Shown: positions 10,259 to 17,821 of the stretch, one piece after another
How the letters are laid out: every line of letters begins with the position of its first letter
How positions within the stretch are numbered: position 1 is the first letter of the stretch
NCBI GenBank assembly: GCA_965216565.1
Contig: OZ244170.1
Coordinates: forward strand, 2,816,001-2,880,000
Direction of reading: 5' to 3'
Origin: Bythopirellula sp.
GTDB lineage: Bacteria > Planctomycetota > Planctomycetia > Pirellulales > Lacipirellulaceae
Length of the DNA: 64,000 nucleotides
The notes under the pieces: model-generated
What the model was told of the DNA's origin: nothing
Databases searched by the model: none
Seen by the model: the letters and a program-made list of their open reading frames with translations, nothing else
Made by a program: the position numbers and the translations under genes

Positions 10259-11035
10259 CTACAGCGGCCCACTAATTCCTCCATCTTTGCGGACTCGCCA
10301 AAAGTGGATTGCCAGCAGCAAAGCCACGCCCAGCGGAATCGCGATACAGTGCAAAATGTAAAATCGGTTCAGCGTCTCTTCACCTACCTCGCGCGCACCA
10401 AGCAGCGCAAAGCGGGCATCCGAGGCGTTGGTAATCATATCGACACCGCCCAGGGTCAATAACTGTTGACCGGGACCTTCATGCCCCAGAATTGGAGTCG
10501 CCCGGGCCATATTCGAACCCACGGTGATCGCCCAAACAGCTAACTGATCCCACGGCAACAGGTAGCCGGTAAACGAGAGCAACAGTGTGAGCAGCAGTAG
10601 AAAAACACCGACAACCCAATTGAACTCACGCGGCGGCTTATAGCTACCGGTGAGAAACACACGATACATGTGCAGCCAAACAGTGATTACCATCGCATGG
10701 GCACCCCACCGATGGATTTCGCGCAAGATCCCTAGCGAATGGACATCCCGAAGCATTTGAATATCGGTATACGCCCACTCAACCGTCGGTCGATAGTAAA
10801 ACATCAACAGCACGCCCGTGACGGTTTCAACCAAAAACAAGAAGAACGTCACGCCGCCCATACACCAGGTATAAGACAAGGCGATGCCCTGCTTCTTAAT
10901 GGAAACGGGATGCAGATGCAGAAAGAAGTTGGTGAGCATCACCACAATCCGGTTCCGTCGATCGACGGGCATCGGATGGCGGAAGATACTCTTCCAAATC
11001 TGAGATTCGCGTACTATTTCGCCTAGGTCAGGCAT
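10259..11035 (-). CDS. petB: Cytochrome b6-like protein (cytochrome b N-terminal half)
   Basis: [24 protein letters not shown]...[30 protein letters not shown]...IHF with heme b His pairs. Confidence 0.92.
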   Translation of the reverse strand: MPDLGEIVRESQIWKSIFRHPMPVDRRNRIVVMLTNFFLHLHPVSIKKQGIALSYTWCMGGVTFFLFLVETVTGVLLMFYYRPTVEWAYTDIQMLRDVHSLGILREIHRWGAHAMVITVWLHMYRVFLTGSYKPPREFNWVVGVFLLLLTLLLSFTGYLLPWDQLAVWAITVGSNMARATPILGHEGPGQQLLTLGGVDMITNASDARFALLGAREVGEETLNRFYILHCIAIPLGVALLLAIHFWRVRKDGGISGPL

Positions 11036-11040
11036 ATGTC

Positions 11041-11068
11041 GTTGTCAGTTGCAGGTTGTCAGTTGCTA
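11041..11068. repeat. Heptamer tandem repeat, 4 copies
   Basis: GTTGTCA GTTGCAG GTTGTCA GTTGCTA, intergenic. Confidence 0.55.
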
Positions 11069-11100
11069 ATTACTTATTTATTTAGAACGAAAAAACTCGG

Positions 11101-12144
11101 TTAAACGCTGATGTAGCAGGAGGGATCGCTCCACTGCCCCATCTCCTCTTGGAACGTCTTGCTCTTGTCGATTTCAATCTGCCCATCGTCGGCGATGCGG
11201 ATGGCATATCGCTCCAGCGGTCGCGGTGCGGGACCCTCGAAGTTGATGCCGTCTTTGTAAAAACCACTACCGTGGCAGGGGCATTTGAACTTCTGCTCGG
11301 CCTCGAGCCAGTTCGGCGTACAGCCGAGGTGCGTGCAAACCGACTTCAGGGCATAAATCACTTGCTCGCCGTTGTAATCGGCGTTGGCAATCCACACGCC
11401 ATACTGGGCTTTGTATTTGGTTTGGACCTGACCGGCAGCGAAGGCATCGGGAAAACCAACCTTAAACTTGCTAGGCGGTTCGCGACGAACATTGGGAAAT
11501 AGAAACTTCAGCGAAAGCAGCGACCACAACAGCGAGACGAGCCCAACCATCCAAAAGCCGAGATTTAGGAAGCCGCGGCGATCTTGCTCGGCGGGCTCCT
11601 TTTTCTTCCCTGCGGCTTTCTTGGTTGCGGCCGGTTTGGCGTAGGCCGGCTTCTCCGGCATCGGCGGTACGACAATCTTCGGCTTGGCTGGCTTTGCTTT
11701 TGGATCAGACTTTTCTTTGGCCGCGGCTTCGGCCTTCGACATCGGCCCCGGCTTGCTTGCCTTGCGAGCGGCAGCCAGGATGCTCGCGGTATCGCGTGCC
11801 ACTGGACCTTTTGATTCTGCCTTCTTCGCCGCGGCCGGCTTGGCTGCAGCAGCTGCCTTTTTGGGAGCCGCTTTCGCAGCGGGCTTTTTAGCAGCGCCTG
11901 ATTTTTCGCCGCGCGCCATCTTCATCATCTCGGCGACGCTAGGTCGGTCGGGGGAACCGGGCTTGGCAATCTTTGGAGGAGGCCCCGCAGAAGATTCGTT
12001 TTCCGCTGCCGCCGGTTCAGCGGCAGCAGTTTCTTCTGGTGCAGGAGGCGTTGCTTCCGATTCAGACGCAGCGCCGTCCTGGCCATCGGCTTTTCGCGCC
12101 GCTGCCAAGATATCGGCGACAGACATCTTCTTCTTATCAGCCAT
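11101..12144 (-). CDS. petC: Rieske 2Fe-2S subunit with long Ala/Lys/Pro-rich N-terminal extension
   Basis: CTHLGC and CPCHGS boxes, GPAPRPL, internal Tat-like RRGFL followed by a TM helix. Confidence 0.92.
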   Translation of the reverse strand: MADKKKMSVADILAAARKADGQDGAASESEATPPAPEETAAAEPAAAENESSAGPPPKIAKPGSPDRPSVAEMMKMARGEKSGAAKKPAAKAAPKKAAAAAKPAAAKKAESKGPVARDTASILAAARKASKPGPMSKAEAAAKEKSDPKAKPAKPKIVVPPMPEKPAYAKPAATKKAAGKKKEPAEQDRRGFLNLGFWMVGLVSLLWSLLSLKFLFPNVRREPPSKFKVGFPDAFAAGQVQTKYKAQYGVWIANADYNGEQVIYALKSVCTHLGCTPNWLEAEQKFKCPCHGSGFYKDGINFEGPAPRPLERYAIRIADDGQIEIDKSKTFQEEMGQWSDPSCYISV

Positions 12145-12332
12145 ATTACTTTTACGCTCAGCCCACGCAGTTGCGATTTATTTCGCTTTGCTGTCCCCTA
12201 ATTGCTACTTCCTTGCCTACCCAATGCGGCGTCCGCACGGGAATCGGCTAGAGGCGAACTACGCTCAGTTTCCGACCCCAACGTATTTGCTGCAAGGCCA
12301 GAGCAGGAATCGACTTGGGGAGAACAAATCGT

Positions 12333-12356
12333 AGATTGTGACATTTTTCACAATCT
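12333..12356. promoter_or_regulatory. Palindromic operator, Rex- or CRP/FNR-family-like
   Basis: AGATTGTGA-CATTTT-TCACAATCT with perfect 9-bp arms, about 190 bp upstream of the respiratory operon. Confidence 0.6.
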
Positions 12357-12662
12357 TCCTTCCGATACATTAAAGTGCAAGGTCGCCAGTTGTCAACATC
12401 CCTTTCCCTAGAACCACTTAACCAACTCTTTTTGAACGAGTTGCTCATGGCTTCTCCCCATTGGCGGATCGCCCATGCTGGAGGCCAGCTATTGAATTGT
12501 AGATCAGGTGGATCAGCAAGTCATTAGTGTCGACACTTCCTCCGACATAACAATCCCCCTAAAATCACGAACGGCTCTGCCTCGTAGCCTGTAGATTTGC
12601 CACGGGGAAAGCTTGGACAGAATGACGACATTTCCAGGAACTTAAGACGGTCCAGGAAGATA

Positions 12663-12782
12663 AGACAGGATGGAAAGAACTGCTTTAAAATCAAAGAGTT
12701 GCGATTGTGGTGTTAGTAGACGGCTCTTGCAGTTAACTATTTTTAACATCCTGTCGATCTTGCCAATCCAGTCATCCTGTCT
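12663..12782. repeat. ACAGGAT/ATCCTGT inverted-repeat element, copy 1
   Basis: 12747-12782 matches the reverse complement of 22564-22599 at 34/36; a partial AGACAGGATG arm lies near 12663. Confidence 0.65.
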
Positions 12783-12864
12783 CACAAATTTCTGCGACCC
12801 TGTGGGGAAATCCCCTGCTACAGCAACCAAGCGGCTCTAGCCAACCTTTTGGAGAATACTCAGA

Positions 12865-14139
12865 GTGAAAGTCCTGATTGTCGGAGGTGGAGGGCGCGAA
12901 CATGCACTGGCCTGGAAAATCGGTCAGAGCTCGCGTGTCGAACGCGTTTTTGTGGCTCCTGGCAATGCCGGGACTGCTACCGACGCTGAGAATGTAGCCA
13001 TCTCCGATACCGACGTGCCCGGCTTGGTCGAATTTGCCAAGCAAAACTCCATTGATCTGGCCGTCATTGGGCCCGAGGCGCCGCTGGCCGCCGGGGCCAC
13101 AGACATTCTCACATCGGAAGGCATCCCCACCTTTGGCCCCAGTGCCCAAGCCGCCGAGCTCGAAGCGAGCAAAGTTTTTTGCAAAAACCTGCTCCGTCAC
13201 GCCGACGTCCCGACCGCCGACTTCCACACCTTTACCTCCGCTGACCAGGCCAAGGCCTATCTTACCGAGCGGGAAGACGTACCCGTGGTGGTCAAAGCCG
13301 ATGGGCTGGCCGCTGGCAAAGGCGTGATCGTGTGCGACAACTGCGAGCAGGCGGTGGAAGCCGTCCAGCAAATCGCCGCCGACAAGCAGTTTGGCGAAGC
13401 AGGCAATCGGTTGGTCATCGAAGAACGGCTGGTTGGCCAAGAAGCTAGCGTCCTGGCTGTGACCGACGGGCGGACAATCATTACGATGCCTGCCGCGCAA
13501 GATCATAAGCCAGCCTTCGATGGCGATCGCGGCCCCAATACAGGTGGCATGGGCGCTTACTGCCCTACCCCGCTGGTGACTGATGAAATTATGACCTCGA
13601 TCGTCGAGAAGGTGCTTGTGCCGACGGTGCATCAAATGAAACGTTCGCGTCGGCCCTTCCGCGGAGTTCTCTACGCCGGGCTGATGATCACCAAACAGGG
13701 ACTCAAGGTTTTGGAATACAACGTTCGGTTTGGCGATCCCGAATGCCAACCGCTGATGATGCGGCTGAACAGCGACCTGGTCGACTTGATGCAGGCAACC
13801 GTGGAAGGCCGACTCGATGAACTCGATCCACTCGATTGGGACCCGCGACCCTCGGTTTGCGTGGTGATGGCTAGCGAAGGGTATCCCGGCAATTACGAAA
13901 AGGGATTGCCGATTCGCGGTCTCGACAAAGCGGCGAAAGTGCAAGATGTGAAGGTATTCCACGCCGGCACCAAACTGCAGGACGGGCAAGTCGTTACCAA
14001 CGGTGGCCGCGTCCTGGGCGTGACGTCACTAGGCAGTTCGATCGCTAACGCCAAACTGCAAGCCTACACCGCAGTGAAGTGCATCCGCTGGAACGGCGCC
14101 TGGTGCCGCAAAGATATCTCCGACAAGGCACTGGGCTAG
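12865..14139 (+). CDS. purD: Phosphoribosylamine--glycine ligase
   Basis: MKVLIVGGGGREHALAW, APGNAG, KADGLAAGKGV, QDHK, GPNTGGMGAY, EYNVRFGDPE, TNGGRVLGV. Confidence 0.98.
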   Translation: MKVLIVGGGGREHALAWKIGQSSRVERVFVAPGNAGTATDAENVAISDTDVPGLVEFAKQNSIDLAVIGPEAPLAAGATDILTSEGIPTFGPSAQAAELEASKVFCKNLLRHADVPTADFHTFTSADQAKAYLTEREDVPVVVKADGLAAGKGVIVCDNCEQAVEAVQQIAADKQFGEAGNRLVIEERLVGQEASVLAVTDGRTIITMPAAQDHKPAFDGDRGPNTGGMGAYCPTPLVTDEIMTSIVEKVLVPTVHQMKRSRRPFRGVLYAGLMITKQGLKVLEYNVRFGDPECQPLMMRLNSDLVDLMQATVEGRLDELDPLDWDPRPSVCVVMASEGYPGNYEKGLPIRGLDKAAKVQDVKVFHAGTKLQDGQVVTNGGRVLGVTSLGSSIANAKLQAYTAVKCIRWNGAWCRKDISDKALG

Positions 14140-14174
14140 GCAATGCTCAGTAGTTGGTGATTGGAACGCGCCAC

Positions 14175-14277
14175 AGGAAGCGAGGAAAAGTAACTTCTCT
14201 TCCAGTCCCTCGCCCCTTGGGGGAGAGGCTAGGTGAGGGGGATAATAGAGATCGGAAGTTACTTTTCCTCGCTTCCT
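14175..14277. repeat. Perfect 23-bp inverted repeat enclosing a REP-like palindrome
   Basis: AGGAAGCGAGGAAAAGTAACTTC (14175-14197) and its exact reverse complement (14255-14277) flank TCCCTCGCCCCTTGGGGGAGAGG. Confidence 0.8.
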
Positions 14278-14346
14278 CCCAGCACTATGCATTTCGCCGC
14301 AGCCAGTCGCCATCGGAAACCTCTCCCCATAACCTATAATTAGGCT

Positions 14347-15141
14347 ATGAGCACTCTGCCCCTGGACTCCACCGACACACAGCAATCGAAAACCGAGCGT
14401 GCCTGGCCGATGCGGCTGTGGTTGGCGACGCCCGATTGGACGTTCCGTGCGCTGGGCGTGGTGTTCTTTGTTTCCTACCTCGCTTACAAGTGTCAGAAGT
14501 ATTGGCAGTTTGATTTCTGGAGGCTGGGGCCTTCCTACTTCTTCGAGCCGGGCGGCACGGTCTACCATATGCCGTGGGTTCCGGTGCTGGTCGACCTGAC
14601 GTTTGTGCTGATTGCCTTGGGCTTCTGTTTGCGTTTGCCACCCCGAAGTCGCGCGGCCAACGGCTGGGTGGTCGGCTTCACACTATTCACCGCCTTCGCT
14701 CCTATAATCCCCATCGAACTGCCAGCGGTCCTCGGGTTGTTCAACGAAAACTGGCAGCAGGCGTACAATAATTTTCTCTGGGCCGATCCTATTTCGCTCA
14801 ATCGTGTGTTCGTCGGCAGCACGCTTGTTACCGTAGGCAACGCGCTCGATTTGTGGGGTTACACCGTGCTGACGCGGAGCTTTGGGATTGTGCCCGAGGC
14901 GCGCGAGCTGAAGACAAGCGGGCCGTACCACTTTGTCCGGCACCCGGTTTACCTGGGCCAGTTTATTTCGCAGGCCGGGGTGTGGCTGCTGTTCGCCCAG
15001 ACGCACGTCGTTTGGATTGCGATGTATGTGGTGTTTGTCGCGATGCAGCTCTATCGCTCGAAGCTGGAAGACCGTGTACTCGCCGATGCCTTTGGCCAGC
15101 CGTACCGTGAGTGGCAAGAGCGAACCTTCTGGTTCGTTTGA
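14347..15141 (+). CDS. Isoprenylcysteine carboxylmethyltransferase / phospholipid methyltransferase family membrane protein
   Basis: RSFGIVPEARELKTSGPYHFVRHPVYLG...EDRVLADAFGQPYREW; multiple TM segments. Confidence 0.85.
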   Translation: MSTLPLDSTDTQQSKTERAWPMRLWLATPDWTFRALGVVFFVSYLAYKCQKYWQFDFWRLGPSYFFEPGGTVYHMPWVPVLVDLTFVLIALGFCLRLPPRSRAANGWVVGFTLFTAFAPIIPIELPAVLGLFNENWQQAYNNFLWADPISLNRVFVGSTLVTVGNALDLWGYTVLTRSFGIVPEARELKTSGPYHFVRHPVYLGQFISQAGVWLLFAQTHVVWIAMYVVFVAMQLYRSKLEDRVLADAFGQPYREWQERTFWFV

Positions 15142-15160
15142 ACAAGAGTTCTCAAGAGTT

Positions 15161-16654
15161 CTAAAGCCGCTTGCGTCCTAGCAACCCCACCCCCACCCCA
15201 CCAATCAGCAACACCAACGAAGTTGGTTCAGGAACCACCGAGGCAATCGCAGCCGCCGCCGCGCCACCGTAGTTCGATTGCCAATCGGCCAAACTGCCGC
15301 CGTTGAGCGAGTGCGGATTCTTGCCGTTTTGCCACAGCAAAAAATCAAGGCCGTCGACGACGCCGTTCAAATCGAAGTCCCCCGCCAAATCGGCTGTGCC
15401 TGCTACCTGGGCTGGCGGTGCGATATCGAGATGCAGGTGATTGAGGTGTACGCTACTCGGATCTAAGAAGGTCGGTACGCTGGGCCGTGCGGCATTGATG
15501 CCGTCGATAACATCTGCGTTGGAGAAGATAATCCGAGCCATGCTCCCACGGTGGGGACCACCTGCGTTGCCGGCGTCGATATAGGCCACGGCAATATCGA
15601 TGAGATCTTGCTCGGCGGAGTTGATGCTCCCATTGCCAAAGTTCTGCGTCGCGCCGGCGACATGCATATCGATATCGAGACCCACACGGTGCGTATTATG
15701 CGCGAAAGCCGAGCCGTAACCATCGTCGGTCGACATGGCGTTCATCAACTGAGGAATACCCGTGTTGGCATGGGCAGCGGCAGAACCGGCGAACCAAAAA
15801 TCGATCGACCAATCGGTGCCAAAACGTTCCGGCTGGGGAGTAAAACCCGTGCGGGCACCGGTGCCGGGATCGCGTCCGGGAAGGATATCGAAATCGCCCC
15901 GTATGTTGGCCACACTAAACGAACCGGCAGGTCGCTGGGGATTGGGATCAATGAGTTCGTTCCACCGGGGAGCGTTCACCGCGTTAAGCCACCCCGCGGT
16001 GTTCGGTCCCACAATTCCATCGACGCTGTTTTGCGTGGTGTTCACCCCACCGACAAATGCGCCTTGGAATGTGCGTAGCGCCGTGTCGGTATTGTTTCCG
16101 AACAGTCCATCGACCACTAATTGGCCCCCGCCTTCGGAAACGAAGCCGAGGTAGCGCAACCGTTGTTGCTGCTGAGCGACATGCAACTTGTTGTTTCTGC
16201 GGCCAATCGCTTCCAAGCCCTGCAACACCGCACCCTCACCCGCGCCGGTATAGCCGGGCCGCACGGTTACGGCGAATGTCTTCGGCTGACCATCAATAGA
16301 TACACTGCCTTCCAGCCGCCCCTGGAACCCACGTTCGTCAGGTGCCAGATCGCCCAGTGCCGCCGTGTTGCGCGAAGGATCGGCAAATACCCACAGACGT
16401 CCCTCGCTGGAAAAACTCCCTTGGCCCAGTTGATCGCTATCGAGCACCGTGTGCCCAGAGAAACCGCCAAGCGTGAGGTTCGAGAAAGACGCGCCCGAAG
16501 AAACTCCGGGCAACGCGCCGAAGTCGACTTCGATTCCATTGCCAGAGCGTCCAAAGAATTCAAAATCAGCAGCATTGGCCGGCACTGACGGCGAGGCTAT
16601 CACAGCCAGCAACGCCAGTATCCATAGTGCGATGGTACGAATCTGCAAATCCAT
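15161..16654 (-). CDS. PEP-CTERM surface protein with peptidoglycan-binding domain and MepA/LAS-type metallo-endopeptidase motifs
   Basis: Signal peptide; VAQQQQRLRYLG..VDGLFGNNTDTALRTFQ..VDGIVGPNT; HNTHRVGLDIDM and HLNHLH; GDFDLNGVVDGLDFLLWQ; VPEPTS-TM-RKR. Start moved to the ATG with GGAG upstream. Confidence 0.75.
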   Translation of the reverse strand: MDLQIRTIALWILALLAVIASPSVPANAADFEFFGRSGNGIEVDFGALPGVSSGASFSNLTLGGFSGHTVLDSDQLGQGSFSSEGRLWVFADPSRNTAALGDLAPDERGFQGRLEGSVSIDGQPKTFAVTVRPGYTGAGEGAVLQGLEAIGRRNNKLHVAQQQQRLRYLGFVSEGGGQLVVDGLFGNNTDTALRTFQGAFVGGVNTTQNSVDGIVGPNTAGWLNAVNAPRWNELIDPNPQRPAGSFSVANIRGDFDILPGRDPGTGARTGFTPQPERFGTDWSIDFWFAGSAAAHANTGIPQLMNAMSTDDGYGSAFAHNTHRVGLDIDMHVAGATQNFGNGSINSAEQDLIDIAVAYIDAGNAGGPHRGSMARIIFSNADVIDGINAARPSVPTFLDPSSVHLNHLHLDIAPPAQVAGTADLAGDFDLNGVVDGLDFLLWQNGKNPHSLNGGSLADWQSNYGGAAAAAIASVVPEPTSLVLLIGGVGVGLLGRKRL

Positions 16655-16888
16655 CAAGATTTCTCCGAACTTTTGACGCTGTTCCACCGTATTAAATATT
16701 TGACCGACCTGCAGCTATCTATTGTAAGAACGCGTCTGAAATGCGGCCATGACTTTACTGCGTTAGAGTTTCTATCAAAAACGCATGGCTCTGCGAATTG
16801 ACGCTGAAAACCTGCATTGAGACAACCGTTACAAGCCAACCAACCCCCCGGACAACGTAAGCCAGCACACAAGGGACTTGAGTTGATC

Positions 16889-16919
16889 TTGCAATACGCT
16901 TTCCTGTCTAGGGTATAAT
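16889..16919 (+). promoter_or_regulatory. Sigma70-type promoter with 19-bp spacer
   Basis: TTGCAA (16889-16894), 19 nt, TATAAT (16914-16919), 9 nt before the ATG at 16929. Confidence 0.5.
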
Positions 16920-16928
16920 AGAGGGACG

Positions 16929-17414
16929 ATGATACTGATCAAGAAAACGCTGGCCCTGCTAACCTGCCTGGGAATGTTACTGCCTGGTGCAGCCCAAGCC
17001 ACTTGCTTGTGTTGCGCTCAAGGCGGGTGTGCTGGAACCGATCAGTCCTGCTCCGCCGAAGTTTGCCCCAGCACCAAAGCTACTTCAACGAACAGCTGCT
17101 GCGGCAAAAGTAACAACTGTTGCAGCGAAGCGAAAACGGCCAGTTGTTGCGAAGACGTAATTACCGCCTGCTCGTCACCTGCAGGAAAGTGCGGGCCTGC
17201 GTGCACTTGCTGTCCCGAAAGTCCACCGGTTGTGCCGGCACGCTGTTGCGTGCCGCTCGAACTTCAAGAACAACTCTCCGGCTTGGCATGGACACCTGGC
17301 GCGGCCCCAGCTGAGCTCGATGGCCATCAGATCACACAGTTGGTTGCCTCCGGCAGCCTGACCTCCAACTCCAATCTCCGACTCCATGCGCTTCTGGGCG
17401 TGTGGCTGAATTAA
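16929..17414 (+). CDS. Cys-rich signal-bearing hypothetical protein, possible metal-responsive leader
   Basis: Hydrophobic N-terminus, 20 Cys including six CC pairs, Pro-rich linker, C-terminal RLHALLGVWLN. Confidence 0.7.
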   Translation: MILIKKTLALLTCLGMLLPGAAQATCLCCAQGGCAGTDQSCSAEVCPSTKATSTNSCCGKSNNCCSEAKTASCCEDVITACSSPAGKCGPACTCCPESPPVVPARCCVPLELQEQLSGLAWTPGAAPAELDGHQITQLVASGSLTSNSNLRLHALLGVWLN

Positions 17415-17508
17415 TGCAGCCAAGGTTGAGTCTTCTTTTTTTAGATTACTAACTTTGTTCGTTAATTCATTCTTAATAACGGATTCCGGTCCGTAGGAGA
17501 AATTTGAA

Positions 17509-17706
17509 ATGTCTGTATTTACAAAACTGTTTGCTGTCTTGGCTTTGGTTAGTGCTTCAGTCTTTGGCTTCCAAGCGTTCGCTGCCGACGGTGGCGGTTG
17601 CTGCTGTGACGATACATGTGCTTGCGAATCGTGCGAGTGCGATGGCTCCGGCGAATGCGATTGCTCGGAATGCTGCTGCGGTGGCACCTGCACCAAGGAC
17701 AGCTAA
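17509..17706 (+). CDS. Secreted metallothionein-like Cys-rich peptide (65 aa)
   Basis: AGGAGA RBS; 25-aa signal ending AFA; 40-aa mature part with 13 Cys (CCC, CxC) and many Asp/Glu; terminator follows. Confidence 0.8.
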   Translation: MSVFTKLFAVLALVSASVFGFQAFAADGGGCCCDDTCACESCECDGSGECDCSECCCGGTCTKDS

Positions 17707-17736
17707 GCACTAGTTTAGCTTGACTAGTTAGAGTCA

Positions 17737-17772
17737 GCCCTCGGCCGCCACATGGTGGCCGAGGGTTTTTTC
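17737..17772 (+). terminator. Rho-independent terminator
   Basis: CCCTCGGCC...GGCCGAGGG stem followed by TTTTTT. Confidence 0.85.
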
Positions 17773-17821
17773 TTGCGCTATCCCGGGTGTCCGAGTCGCC
17801 GGCAAGAGTCATAATCGTAAT

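Noticed and set aside
12772..13989. 405-aa minus-strand ORF and many similar long overlapping ORFs (e.g. 1179-1868, 52931-53770, 54779-55564)
   Set aside because: Antisense or alternate-frame shadows of well-supported genes in GC-rich DNA; no recognisable motifs.
17175..17696. 173-aa minus-strand Gln/Ser/His-rich ORF
   Set aside because: Antisense reading of the Cys codon runs of the plus-strand genes, which have the RBS, signal peptide and terminator.
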